Notes: generated from the sequence alone by a model not told the origin. Shown: positions 48,624 through 58,461, counted from the first letter of the stretch. The stretch: DNA of 64,000 nucleotides from an uncultured Candidatus Saccharibacteria bacterium (GCA_964488565.1 CAZAUE010000001.1:42687-106686), one strand, 5' to 3'. Numbers and translations are program-made.

Positions 48624-49853
48624 TTATGTGGATTTAGAAATTTCACTCAACTTAACGAGTTTAAAATCTTTTTCACTGCGAAGCTTGAGTTCCACACTTT
48701 CTTTTTCAAGAGTTTTTTTGCTTACAACAATTCTTATTGGGCAACCAATCAAATCAGCATCGGCAAATTTTTCTCCTGCAGTTTTGCCTTCTCTGTCATC
48801 ATATAAAACTTCCACACCAGATTTTTGTAAATCATTATAAATCTTATCTGCGCTTTCGTTTTGTTCCAAAGAAATCAAATGAACTTTGTATGGGGCAATA
48901 TTTTCTGGCCAAAGAATGCCTCGCTCATCATTATGAGTTTCCACAATGGTGGCCATAAGACGACCTATTCCTATTCCGTAAGAACCCATCACCACTGGAT
49001 TTTTATCTCCCTTCTCATCTACAAAATCTAAACCGAGAGCCGAAGAATATTTAGTGCCCAAAGGAAAAATATTTCCAACCTCAATAGATTTATTTTCAGT
49101 TATCTTACCGCCACATTTTGGACAATCATCTCCCTCTTTAAGTTTAGTTATTTCTTTATTTTCTGCATAATTGCATTTTGAACACACATATATAGTGTCC
49201 TCTCCAACATCTGACAAAACCTGAAACTCGTGAGTATTGCTAATAGTGAAAGCTCCTCCCGCTGCTAAAGTATAGATAGACTTTAGACCACAACGATCAA
49301 AAAGCTTAAAATAGGCATCGCGAACCTTGTCATAATAAACCATCAAATCCTCTTCTGAGGTGTGGAAGCTGTACAAATCTTTCATCATAAATTCTCGTCC
49401 TCTTAACAATCCGGATTTTGCGCGAGCTTCGTTTCTGAACTTGGTTTGTATTTGATAGGCCGCAAAAGGTAAATCTTTATATGAATTTATATACTTGGAA
49501 GCAATTGCCGTAAGTACCTCCTCGTGACTCCAGCCTAAAACATAATTGGATTCTTTTTCGTTTAACCCTTTTGCAAAAAAACCAACATCAAGATTCCATC
49601 GGCCAGTCGGTTCCATGAATTTTCTTTCTACCAATGCTGGCATAAACATTTCTTGACCATCAACAGCATTCATTTCTTCTCTGACAATACTCATTATTTT
49701 CTGAGCAACTTTCCATCCAAGAGGAAGGAATGAATATATTCCCGCAGAATTTTTGTAAATAAATCCACCCCTAATTAAAAGTTGAGCATTTTTTGCCTCT
49801 TCATCTGCCGGTGCTTCTCTTAACGTTTTTGTAAATAATTTAGATAAACGCAT
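48624..49853 (-). CDS. proS: Prolyl-tRNA synthetase (short form lacking the editing insertion)
   Basis: N-terminus MRLSKLFTKTLREAPADEEAKNAQLLIRGGFI...FLPLGWKV is typical of ProS, with class II motifs. 409 aa. Confidence 0.8.
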   Translation of the reverse strand: MRLSKLFTKTLREAPADEEAKNAQLLIRGGFIYKNSAGIYSFLPLGWKVAQKIMSIVREEMNAVDGQEMFMPALVERKFMEPTGRWNLDVGFFAKGLNEKESNYVLGWSHEEVLTAIASKYINSYKDLPFAAYQIQTKFRNEARAKSGLLRGREFMMKDLYSFHTSEEDLMVYYDKVRDAYFKLFDRCGLKSIYTLAAGGAFTISNTHEFQVLSDVGEDTIYVCSKCNYAENKEITKLKEGDDCPKCGGKITENKSIEVGNIFPLGTKYSSALGLDFVDEKGDKNPVVMGSYGIGIGRLMATIVETHNDERGILWPENIAPYKVHLISLEQNESADKIYNDLQKSGVEVLYDDREGKTAGEKFADADLIGCPIRIVVSKKTLEKESVELKLRSEKDFKLVKLSEISKST

Positions 49854-49856
49854 ATT

Positions 49857-50939
49857 TTAGAAAAATCGAATTATATCCTTAGTTGTTACATATACCATTA
49901 ATGCTATCAGGAATACAAAACCGATAGTGTTAATGGCCATTTCCACTTTTTTGTTTACAGGTGAGCCTTTAAGCTTTTCTACGATTATGAGCAATGCCCT
50001 GCCTCCATCCAATGCCGGAAATGGAATGATGTTTAAAACTGCCAAGTTAATTGAAATCATCGCAACAAACTGCATCAGATAATTCATTCCCATTCTTGCG
50101 GCTTGGCCGGTAAGGGTAGCTATTCCAACAGGACCGGAAACATCTGCAATCATCTTCCCCTCAAACAATAGAGTCTTAAACAACACATAAAATCCAATAA
50201 CAGTATTCATTGTTAGTACAACAGCATCGTATACACCTCGCCAGATTGCTTCATACCACGGATAAGAAACCACTCCAGTAAGAGCTAAAGAAACACCTAA
50301 TGCCCCTTGACCCTCTGGCGGATTTACTCTCGGTACAATTTCTTTTTCCAAGGTTTCGTTATTTCTTTTTATTACCATCACTACAGATTGTCCAGTATTT
50401 TTTTGTATAAAAGACTGAACATCCTCCGCACTGGAAACAATTTGAAGTGAACCATTTAATTTGAAACCACTAACCTCGTCGAGAAGTTTTAATCCGGCTT
50501 TGTCCGCTGGACTGTCTTGAGAAATTTCAATAATCTGAACCGCCTTATCTCTGGCAACGGATGCGGTCTTGTCATCAATCAAACCAATTCTTAAACCAAA
50601 AAAATTGGTAATCATCAAAAGCACGACCGCCAAAAAGAAGTTCATCGTTACTCCAGCAATTATTACCTTGAGTCGGGGTCCGGCTGGTTTAGAAGAAAAA
50701 CTTCTAGGGTTTGATGCCTCATCCCCATCTTCTCCAAGAATTTTAACAAACCCACCAAAAGGAATCATGTTTATTGAATAAAATGTCTCCCCCTTTTTAA
50801 TGCCCCAAATCCTCGGAGGAAAACCCAGACCAAATTCTTCAACCTTCATTCCGGCTTTTTTAGCAAAAATAAAATGCCCAAACTCGTGGACAAAAACTAG
50901 TACTCCCAGAACAATTATAAATATTATCGCGGTTATCAT
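49857..50939 (-). CDS. rseP: RIP metalloprotease RseP (site-2 protease, M50)
   Basis: HEFGHFIFAKKAG (HExxH), a PDZ domain, and NLAVLNIIPFPALDGG (LDG motif). Confidence 0.88.
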   Translation of the reverse strand: MITAIIFIIVLGVLVFVHEFGHFIFAKKAGMKVEEFGLGFPPRIWGIKKGETFYSINMIPFGGFVKILGEDGDEASNPRSFSSKPAGPRLKVIIAGVTMNFFLAVVLLMITNFFGLRIGLIDDKTASVARDKAVQIIEISQDSPADKAGLKLLDEVSGFKLNGSLQIVSSAEDVQSFIQKNTGQSVVMVIKRNNETLEKEIVPRVNPPEGQGALGVSLALTGVVSYPWYEAIWRGVYDAVVLTMNTVIGFYVLFKTLLFEGKMIADVSGPVGIATLTGQAARMGMNYLMQFVAMISINLAVLNIIPFPALDGGRALLIIVEKLKGSPVNKKVEMAINTIGFVFLIALMVYVTTKDIIRFF

Positions 50940-51496
50940 TAGTTTGTCATCAATTCTTGTTCCTTTTTCTTTGCCATATCATCAAACTTCAAATTCAAGT
51001 CATTCATTAATTTTTGAAGCTCTTCTTTTGCTTTGAACATGTCGTCTTCGCGAGCTTTTTTCTCTTTTACCTCAACTTGAACCTTTTTTATAATATCTTC
51101 TCGTATTTGTCTTACTCTGACTTTGCCCCATTCTATCTTCTGATGAAGCAATTTAATGAACTCGAGTCTGCGTTCTTCGGTTAATGGTGGAATATTTAAT
51201 CTTATGCCAGTAGCATCGTCTATGGGATTTAAACCCAAAGAACTTTCTTTGATGCTTTTTACAATATTAGGTATGGCCTGTTTGTCCCAAGGCTGAATAA
51301 GAATGGTTCGTGATTCTGGAGTATTAATGGTTGCTAATTCTTTAATCCTAAACTTTGAATCCATGTAATCCACGACAATATCTTCCACCATAGAAGCATG
51401 GGCCCGACCGGTTCTTATGCCAGCTATCTCGTTTTTGACATGCTCAATAGCACCGTCGAAATCCTTTTTCTTTTGAGTTATATGATCTTTATACAT
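50939..51496 (-). CDS. frr: Ribosome recycling factor
   Basis: 185 aa; IAGIRTGRAHASMVEDIVVDYM and the C-terminal coiled coil are typical of RRF. Confidence 0.88.
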   Translation of the reverse strand: MYKDHITQKKKDFDGAIEHVKNEIAGIRTGRAHASMVEDIVVDYMDSKFRIKELATINTPESRTILIQPWDKQAIPNIVKSIKESSLGLNPIDDATGIRLNIPPLTEERRLEFIKLLHQKIEWGKVRVRQIREDIIKKVQVEVKEKKAREDDMFKAKEELQKLMNDLNLKFDDMAKKKEQELMTN

Positions 51497-51517
51497 TAAA
51501 AAAATATACCATTTAAA

Positions 51518-52267
51518 TTACAGATTTACCAGAAAATTCTCCAGTGCTAGGCGGTGGTTGAATTGAGGCTGAGAAAGTAAAGAATTGAGCTTGAGAAGAT
51601 TTTTTAAAACTTTGTGATTTGGATTTTCATGAGAACGTAAGGTATGTATCAAGCCAACAACAAGATTCTGATAATCCTTACTGGCAAACAACTTCTCAGC
51701 ATATTGCATGCGTTCACAGACCCCCTCTTTGCAGATTTTCATAAACCCATCTATCGCTTTAATCGTTTCTCTATCAATTTCTTTTTTATCATCAGACAAA
51801 AATTGCACTTTATCACACCTAGACAACACTGTTGGAAGAATTAACTTTGGTTTTGAACTTATTAAAATAAAAATCGTGAATGGAGATGGCTCTTCTAGTA
51901 TTTTTAACAGAGAATTCGCAGCAGCCGGAACTAGCATGTCGGCATCATTAATCACAACAAATTTATATGGCCCATAATAAGGCTTTAGAGTTAAGTATGC
52001 TTTTAGATCACGAACATCTTCAACATATATCTTAGTTTCGTCTTCCTCTAACCGTGGCGTGAGTATCTTAAAATCAGGATCTCCTTCAGGTTCCCTCTGA
52101 TTTATTAAGCGAAAAATATCATAGGCAAACCCCTTCTTGCCTATTCCTTCTGGTCCTGAGAAAAGATAGGCGTGCGACAAAACACCTTTCCTTATGACAC
52201 TTTCAAAATAGGTCTTATTATTGTTGTGGCCCGTTGTTGTCCAATTCATTTTGTACTGGTGATTCAC
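51518..52267 (-). CDS. holB: DNA polymerase III delta-prime subunit (HolB-like clamp-loader subunit)
   Basis: GPEGIGKKGFAYDIF P-loop-like motif and PTVLSRCD (SRC motif). 249 aa. Confidence 0.7.
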   Translation of the reverse strand: MNHQYKMNWTTTGHNNNKTYFESVIRKGVLSHAYLFSGPEGIGKKGFAYDIFRLINQREPEGDPDFKILTPRLEEDETKIYVEDVRDLKAYLTLKPYYGPYKFVVINDADMLVPAAANSLLKILEEPSPFTIFILISSKPKLILPTVLSRCDKVQFLSDDKKEIDRETIKAIDGFMKICKEGVCERMQYAEKLFASKDYQNLVVGLIHTLRSHENPNHKVLKNLLKLNSLLSQPQFNHRLALENFLVNL

Positions 52268-52430
52268 TTTGACTTACCACTGGCGGATTTGATTGATTTA
52301 CTGTTGGAAGGTTAACATCTTCAGACACCGCTGGTAAGTTAGACTCCTCATGTCCTTTTGTTCTTTTTAAATAAACGAACAAGACAATCAACACAATGAC
52401 GACCGACCCGATTATTAATTGAAGTTGCAT
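52218..52430 (-). CDS. Small single-TM hypothetical protein (70 aa)
   Basis: An ORF sitting between murG and holB with an N-terminal TM helix. Low-complexity P/Q/S-rich tail. Confidence 0.3.
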   Translation of the reverse strand: MQLQLIIGSVVIVLIVLFVYLKRTKGHEESNLPAVSEDVNLPTVNQSNPPVVSQSESPVQNELDNNGPQQ

Positions 52431-52433
52431 ATA

Positions 52434-53570
52434 TTAACTCTGCGGTACCAATAATACGGAGGCGATTTTTTCCGCCGCATCAGGAACAGCAAAAGTTTTT
52501 AATTTTTCGCTAATGGAATTATATTTATCTGGCTCAAGAAGGGACTGAATCTGATTAATCAATATGTGGGGCGTAAGGTTTTCTTCTTCAATATAAACTC
52601 CTCCGAATTTTGACAATTCCTGAGCATTAAATAATTGCTCCCCACGACTGCCATGAAAAAGTGGTATTAATATCACCGGCTTACCAAGCATGGATATCTC
52701 TGAAATATTACTGGCTCCGGCGCGAGAAATAATAATGTCTGCTGCCGCATAAGCCAAGGCCATATCGTTCGCGTCAAAAAACGGAAATAATTTATAATTA
52801 ACACTAACAGCATCTGCGTACTCACCCTCACCTTCTTTAATTATTTTTTCCGACTCAGCCCTTACTGTCTGGAGCTGACTCTCGCCACATTGATGAATTA
52901 CCTGATAATCCTTTACCAACAAAACGAGCGAGTCCAAAATTATTCTATTTATTTTTTGAGCCCCCTGACTACCTCCCGCCACCAATATCGTTTTGCGATT
53001 TGAACTCAAACCAAATCTTTCTGTAGCCATCACTCTATCACCCATTACCAACTCTTTTCTAACAGGATTTCCTGTTAGAACCGTTTTGCCAGACTTAAAA
53101 TATTTTTGACTTGAATCAAATGATACAAAAACCGTCTTTGCCAATTTACCCAAAACCTTATTGGCAAGACCCGGAACAGAATCGGACTCGTGAATAAATA
53201 ACGGGATAAAATATAATTTACTCACAAAAGCTCCTGGTAAAGACGCATATCCACCCTTGGCAAAGACAACGTCGGGCATGAACCAAAAAATATACCACAA
53301 CGATTGCAGGAATCCGATTGGGATCTTAAAAACATCAAGAATTGTCAGCAGACTGAAGTATCTCCTTAATTTTCCGGCAAAAATTGGTTTAAAACTTAAT
53401 TCATTCTCTTGTACTGCTTGTTTCAAAAACTTACCCTCACCCAAAACCAATAACTCCAAAGGAACCCCCATTTGTTTGGATTTTTCTTTTAAAGCGTTGG
53501 CGACAGCAACAAGAGGAAAAACATGTCCTCCGCTACCGCCCCCGAGAAGTAAGACTCTGTAATTCGCCAC
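52434..53570 (-). CDS. murG: UDP-N-acetylglucosamine--N-acetylmuramyl-(pentapeptide) pyrophosphoryl-undecaprenol N-acetylglucosamine transferase MurG
   Basis: G-loop LLLGGGSGGHVFP and the GGSQGA motif; 378 aa with GT28 architecture. Confidence 0.88.
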   Translation of the reverse strand: MANYRVLLLGGGSGGHVFPLVAVANALKEKSKQMGVPLELLVLGEGKFLKQAVQENELSFKPIFAGKLRRYFSLLTILDVFKIPIGFLQSLWYIFWFMPDVVFAKGGYASLPGAFVSKLYFIPLFIHESDSVPGLANKVLGKLAKTVFVSFDSSQKYFKSGKTVLTGNPVRKELVMGDRVMATERFGLSSNRKTILVAGGSQGAQKINRIILDSLVLLVKDYQVIHQCGESQLQTVRAESEKIIKEGEGEYADAVSVNYKLFPFFDANDMALAYAAADIIISRAGASNISEISMLGKPVILIPLFHGSRGEQLFNAQELSKFGGVYIEEENLTPHILINQIQSLLEPDKYNSISEKLKTFAVPDAAEKIASVLLVPQS

Positions 53571-53808
53571 GTAGTAATTTTACCTTTTTTAAGTGCCCTA
53601 ACGCAAATCCCCCAATATCTCCATTTGTTCTAATAACCCTATGACATGGCACAATGGGTGCAAATGGGTTCTTGTTTAATGCATTCCCAACTGCTCGATA
53701 TGCTTTAGGCCGACCAATAGCAATCGCTACCTCTTTGTACGTTGCAGTCTTTCCCTTTGGGATAGTTTTAACAAAATCATAAACTTTTTTCTGAAATTCT
53801 GTAATCAT
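53533..53808 (-). CDS. Methylated-DNA--protein-cysteine methyltransferase C-terminal (Ogt/MGMT) domain protein
   Basis: VPCHRV active-site motif in TYKEVAIAIGRPKAYRAVGNALNKNPFAPIVPCHRVI. Only 91 aa, and its 3' end overlaps the murG start by 38 nt. Confidence 0.75.
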   Translation of the reverse strand: MITEFQKKVYDFVKTIPKGKTATYKEVAIAIGRPKAYRAVGNALNKNPFAPIVPCHRVIRTNGDIGGFALGHLKKVKLLRGELQSLTSRGR

Positions 53809-53846
53809 TGTTTAATTTTATAATAAAAAACCGTTTTTAGTAACGG

Positions 53847-54380
53847 TTATGGAATTTGACAAACTTGAAGATTTTTTTCAAAGGCTGGGGTTAGGTCATA
53901 TCCACTAAGGATTATGATGCCATCCTCTTCTTTTTCAGATGTCCAGACATTGCCCAGAAATTTTCCTTGAACCAACTTTTTACACCTAGCACAAACCCCT
54001 CCAACAAACAAAGCTCCCTGGCTTTCAAAAGCGCAGTTATCGAGCAAAGCGTGACCAAGAAACAAACAAGTGATCCTGTCGGTCCATTTTGGCCTAAAAA
54101 CAGGTTTATAAAAAATCCGCTCTCCTTCTTTGTGGCACCAAATTTTTCCCTCTACACGATTTTCTCTAGAAAGTTCTGATAGTGCTGGTCCAATATCTCG
54201 AGGAACAAGTTTGTCATCTTTAAGGCTGGATTCTAATCTTGCTTCTTCCCACAAACTATCAATTGAGATTCCTCTCCAATTATTTTTTATTTGAGTCAGT
54301 AAAAAATTCTTTATTCTTTGCTCTCTTGTACCGAAAAATTCAGTCTCGCAACCAATTTCGTAAGGCATGTTTCCTCTCAA
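53847..54380 (-). CDS. Hypothetical Cys-rich protein (177 aa)
   Basis: A clean ORF with no assignable domain; contains a CARCKK motif. Confidence 0.35.
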   Translation of the reverse strand: MRGNMPYEIGCETEFFGTREQRIKNFLLTQIKNNWRGISIDSLWEEARLESSLKDDKLVPRDIGPALSELSRENRVEGKIWCHKEGERIFYKPVFRPKWTDRITCLFLGHALLDNCAFESQGALFVGGVCARCKKLVQGKFLGNVWTSEKEEDGIIILSGYDLTPAFEKNLQVCQIP

Positions 54381-54427
54381 ATTGTAAACAAATTCTGCTT
54401 GTAGACTACAAAACTAGTTCACAACTG

Positions 54428-54640
54428 TCAATTTATCTCAACGATCTTATTTCTAGAAATACGACCGGAAACAATTCTAACATTTGGAGTGTGGAAATAC
54501 TCTGAGAGTAGTTTAATTATCGCCCTATTTGCCCGTCCCTCTACGGGCGGATCCTTAACAGACACAACAAAGTTGAGGTCGTCTATCTTTTCAACCTTGT
54601 TCTCGTTTGAGTCTGGTTTTGCTTTGACATTAATACGCAT
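54428..54640 (-). CDS. DUF167/YggU-family small protein
   Basis: VKAKP...VKDPPVEGRANRAIIKLLSEYF...VRIVSGRISRNKIVEI matches the YggU pattern. Confidence 0.6.
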   Translation of the reverse strand: MRINVKAKPDSNENKVEKIDDLNFVVSVKDPPVEGRANRAIIKLLSEYFHTPNVRIVSGRISRNKIVEIN

Positions 54641-54675
54641 AAATTAAGAATACCACAAAAAACAAAAGGCCGGGT

Positions 54676-55095
54676 CTAAAACCCGGCCATACTTAAAATC
54701 TCAGCGACACGCTCTTTGCGCATCTGGTCTGTCCATCCAGGAGCTGTGGCTGCGGCCTTCATTTCCAAAAGAGCTAGTTCCACCATCGGCTTAAACTTGC
54801 ATACGAAGACATGTTCACTTATCTGATCATAGTCCAACGCTTTGCTATAATCAGACAACGCAGGAACAATAACCCGATCATGAAATTGCTGAACTTCCTC
54901 AACAAGATTAGCCTCACGAAAAGAATCAATAACCGAGGCAAATATTTCTTGTAACTCTCTTTGGCCCGTTAAAACCTTAACGAGAACAACTTCAGAATTA
55001 CCCCCATCTCCGCCGATTGGAACATTCATTGTCCTGTCCTTTTTAAGAATCTTAAGGCCATGATAATCCTTTTGGTGACCCTTTACAACACACAC
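54676..55095 (-). CDS. Hypothetical protein (139 aa)
   Basis: An ORF with no assignable motif. Confidence 0.3.
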   Translation of the reverse strand: MCVVKGHQKDYHGLKILKKDRTMNVPIGGDGGNSEVVLVKVLTGQRELQEIFASVIDSFREANLVEEVQQFHDRVIVPALSDYSKALDYDQISEHVFVCKFKPMVELALLEMKAAATAPGWTDQMRKERVAEILSMAGF

Positions 55096-55124
55096 CTAGA
55101 ATATGTATCCGAACATTATTGTTT

Positions 55125-55505
55125 TTAGTTTAATGTCGGTTTCATTTTTTCAACAACCACCACGAGGGCCTGCCGATGTTGCTCAACAGAGTGTCCACAA
55201 GAAAGATCCTCGTTATTTTCTTCTTGCTCTTCCATTCTCTTCAATTCAGTTTTGGCTATTTGACCATAAACAGTTCGCATTTCTTCAGAGGGAACAAATT
55301 TCATCTCTTCAGTGCTTGGAAGTATTCCGGAAAATGTTTTAATGTTTTTTTCTCCCACAACTTCTTTCAATTGTTCTACGGCTTCCGGATTAAGATTAAA
55401 AGCACGCTCAAGAGCGCAACAGGTCTCCTTATCAAACTTAACCGTTCCCTCTATCGAACCTTTGTATTCTTTAGATTCTCTAAACATATCGTCATTATAA
55501 GCCAT
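55125..55505 (-). CDS. Hypothetical protein (126 aa), divergent from lexA
   Basis: An ORF whose start lies 85 nt from the lexA start and shares the promoter/operator region. Confidence 0.35.
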   Translation of the reverse strand: MAYNDDMFRESKEYKGSIEGTVKFDKETCCALERAFNLNPEAVEQLKEVVGEKNIKTFSGILPSTEEMKFVPSEEMRTVYGQIAKTELKRMEEQEENNEDLSCGHSVEQHRQALVVVVEKMKPTLN

Positions 55506-55547
55506 AGTTAATTAAGAGTAAAATTGTCTATCCGTCAACTCTGTCAA

Positions 55548-55585
55548 GTTATCATTTGACTGTTGATAAACTCCTTTGCTATAAT
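55548..55585 (+). promoter_or_regulatory. lexA promoter (TTGACT-N18-TATAAT) with an overlapping inverted-repeat operator candidate
   Basis: GTTATCAtttgactgtTGATAAA inverted repeat overlaps the -35. The TATAAT ends 6 nt before the ATG, implying a leaderless or very short-leader transcript. Confidence 0.4.
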
Positions 55586-55591
55586 TCTTCT

Positions 55592-56275
55592 ATGCACAAA
55601 ATTCAAAAACAAATTTTAAAACTTTCTACTGACAAAAATCTTGGAGAACTAAGTCTGCGCGAAATCGGTAAGTTGATTGGCGAAGACAATTCTCCTCAAA
55701 AAATTAAGCATCACCTACTCCAGCTTGAGAAGAATGGTTTAATTAAAATAAATCGTTTAGATAAAGAAATAGAAAAAACAAAACCAGGCACCTCTTACAA
55801 CAGCAAATTGGTTTCGGTTCCCATTTTTGGTTCTGCTAACTGCGGTCCCGCTATGATTTATGCCGAAAACAACATTGAGGGCTATCTGACTATTTCAGGA
55901 AAACTACTCACCAGGAAAAAAGACATTTTTGCCATTAAAGCTTCTGGATACTCAATGAATAAGGCAAACGTGAACGGTGCATCAATTGAAGATGGTGATT
56001 ACGTTATTGTTGATTCTAAATGCAGAAGCATAAGAAATGGTGATTACGTTCTTTCTGTTATTAATGAGGTGGCTAACATCAAAAGATACTTTGCCGACAA
56101 AGAAAATAAGAGAATAATTTTACTTTCCGAATCCAGTGCTAGTCTTCCGCCAATTATCATCCATCAAAACGAAATGGATGATTACATAGTAAATGGAAAA
56201 ATTATTCAAGTCATCAAGCGACCGAAAACTACATTCTCCAAACTCAAAAATCTTATTTACAGAAGAGAAGTTTAA
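55592..56275 (+). CDS. lexA: LexA-family transcriptional repressor (wHTH + S24 peptidase domain)
   Basis: N-terminal wHTH (SLREIGKLIGEDNSPQKIKHHLLQLEKNGLI). The C-terminal S24 domain carries the Ser (AIKASGYSM) and Lys (IKRY) dyad context. The start is trimmed to MHKIQ. Confidence 0.7.
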   Translation: MHKIQKQILKLSTDKNLGELSLREIGKLIGEDNSPQKIKHHLLQLEKNGLIKINRLDKEIEKTKPGTSYNSKLVSVPIFGSANCGPAMIYAENNIEGYLTISGKLLTRKKDIFAIKASGYSMNKANVNGASIEDGDYVIVDSKCRSIRNGDYVLSVINEVANIKRYFADKENKRIILLSESSASLPPIIIHQNEMDDYIVNGKIIQVIKRPKTTFSKLKNLIYRREV

Positions 56276-56899
56276 TTACGAAGTAGCTCTATCGGGCAGT
56301 GGTTGAACAACACCCCTTGGAACCTTACCTTTCAAATCTCTATAGATCCTAAGCTGTTGAATTCCGCCAAAAATAGCTAATATGCCACCAATTACAAACA
56401 CTAATTGGAAGCCAAATTTTTGAGCCAAAATTCCTCCAATAGCTGCTGCTCCAGCAGCACCAATACCTATAGCAATAGAGTCCATAGACCATTCAACATT
56501 TTCTCGCATCTTATCCAGATGTCTTGAAAATATTGCATACCAAGGAGGAATGGTGAATGCTGCTCCAATACCATAGACCGCCTGTATTATATAGATATGA
56601 TTTGCTGTAGAAGCAAAAAGATAAGCAAACGGAACCAAAACAATCAAAGAAGTCCCGAGTATCATGGAATAAAAGTCATCATACTCGCCATGATTTTTAT
56701 CCAAGTATCTTGCAATCGGTATTTGTAATGCCGATTTAAATATTTGAAATATGGCAGTAGCAAAACCTATTACCTCTAAAGATCCCCCGCCGATTTGTTT
56801 TGTGACGAAAACAGCAAACACGGGTCCGAATATGCTAAATCCGGAATTAATAAAAAAATCTGAAATAACTAAAGTGCGAATTACGTGATTTATTTTCAT
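56276..56899 (-). CDS. 6-TM transporter-like membrane protein (MFS half-size-like)
   Basis: 207 aa with six TM helices and Gly-rich helices typical of MFS. Confidence 0.4.
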   Translation of the reverse strand: MKINHVIRTLVISDFFINSGFSIFGPVFAVFVTKQIGGGSLEVIGFATAIFQIFKSALQIPIARYLDKNHGEYDDFYSMILGTSLIVLVPFAYLFASTANHIYIIQAVYGIGAAFTIPPWYAIFSRHLDKMRENVEWSMDSIAIGIGAAGAAAIGGILAQKFGFQLVFVIGGILAIFGGIQQLRIYRDLKGKVPRGVVQPLPDRATS

Positions 56900-57034
56900 A
56901 AGAATAGGATTGATTAATTAACTGAACCTAATTCTAACAAATTAAAAAACCCCTGCAACTCTCGGAGAAGTTTCTAAGCGGTGCTTTAGCCCGCTAAAGA
57001 ATCTCTGTAGGCAGAGGTTTTTTTAATTTTAATT

Positions 57035-58213
57035 TTAGAAGTGTGGGAATCCAAATCCTGAATCGTCATCATCGCCATCAGGCAATAAATCGGTGGTAAG
57101 TTTATGAAGAATATCTCTGGTCTCTGATGCTGGGTTTAAAGAATCTTTTTGCCATAATTTGGCAGCCAATCCTGCAACATGTGGAGAGGCCATAGATGTT
57201 CCAGATAAAATAGCATAGCCACCATCCTTCCACGCTGATTCAATGTTGTTACCAGGGGCAACAAGCTCTATGTCTTGTGTCTCCACAATATAAGGTTTGG
57301 TGGTCAGATTAATTCCCCTAGAACTCCAATCAGGGATTAAGGTGTTTTTATTTACAGCTCCAACAGAAACAACATCGGCGTCGGCTCCAGGAAAATCAAT
57401 ACTTCCAGCATAGGGACCATCATTGCCAGCGGCAGCAACAATCAAAACATTTTTAGAAACAACGTAGTCCGTGGCGTCAGTTATTAATTGACTAGGATTA
57501 TCAGAGCCCAAGCTCATGTTTATAATATTTGCACCATCGTCAGCAGCAGTCATTAAGGCAACAGCAATGTCGTCTGCCCAGCAGGTGCCGTTATTAGAGC
57601 AAACTTTATACACAAAAAGATTAGCTTCTGGCGCCATTCCATACAAACCAAGACCATCAGAACCACCATCAGCGGCAATTATTCCCGCGACATGAGTTCC
57701 GTGTCCATTTTTGTCATCACATTTTCCATCAACAAAAACAGCACCCGAAAAATCTTTACATGCTTTAATTCTGTTTTTTAAGTCAGGGTGAGTTTTTAAG
57801 ATTCCAGTATCCAACACAGCAACACTAACATTGGAACCACCAGATGTTTCCGATAGAAATGAATCGTTGTAAACCTTCTTTATGCCCCAAGGAATTTGCT
57901 CAGCGGGCTTAACTCTCTTAGCCTGAACCCTTCCACTTGTTATTGGTGCCTGTGATAAATCGGGTAATACATTTAACTTCTTAACGGGCTCAACCTCTAC
58001 ACCAAAAACCTTCGCAACCCAAAGTTGTTTTTCTGACAAATCTGCCGTAAAACCATTATCAAAATTGTGTCTAACCCCAAAGGACTTCTTCCACCAACCA
58101 GAGGTGGATTTAACGAAATAGCGAGTATCATCTGAGGCGGCGTAAGATGAGTGGGCCGTGAATAAAAGTGTTAAAATTATGACTAAATATGCGGTCTTTT
58201 TGATTGTAATCAT
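57035..58213 (-). CDS. Secreted subtilisin-like serine protease (S8 family)
   Basis: Signal peptide, then the Asp (VAVLDTGI), His (HGTHVAGIIAA), and Ser (GTSMASPHVAGLAA) catalytic triad motifs. Confidence 0.88.
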   Translation of the reverse strand: MITIKKTAYLVIILTLLFTAHSSYAASDDTRYFVKSTSGWWKKSFGVRHNFDNGFTADLSEKQLWVAKVFGVEVEPVKKLNVLPDLSQAPITSGRVQAKRVKPAEQIPWGIKKVYNDSFLSETSGGSNVSVAVLDTGILKTHPDLKNRIKACKDFSGAVFVDGKCDDKNGHGTHVAGIIAADGGSDGLGLYGMAPEANLFVYKVCSNNGTCWADDIAVALMTAADDGANIINMSLGSDNPSQLITDATDYVVSKNVLIVAAAGNDGPYAGSIDFPGADADVVSVGAVNKNTLIPDWSSRGINLTTKPYIVETQDIELVAPGNNIESAWKDGGYAILSGTSMASPHVAGLAAKLWQKDSLNPASETRDILHKLTTDLLPDGDDDDSGFGFPHF

Positions 58214-58302
58214 GTAGGGTTAATAATAGCAAATTTAGGCCAAATTGGCAATCCACAGGCAAAAATTTTTAAAGCTCCAGAACCCAGCCACCTGAAGACA
58301 CG

Positions 58303-58402
58303 CCTCCGATAAAACCGCTCCTCCGTGAGCGGTTTTATCTCGGCTATAATCGCATTGTCTAATCGCCGACTGATGGACTCCGTCCAATATTTTATCAGTC
58401 GG
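58303..58402. other. Two strong palindromic hairpins in the S8-protease/cassette-F intergenic region
   Basis: GAUAAAACCGCUC-CUCCGU-GAGCGGUUUUAUC (13 bp) at 58303-58334, and GCCGACUGAU-N19-AUCAGUCGGC (10 bp) at 58364-58402. Confidence 0.4.
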
Positions 58403-58461
58403 CTTTGCCAACGTCTCAAATGTCTTCAGATGGCTGGGTTCCTCCATTTAAATGTTTTCAT

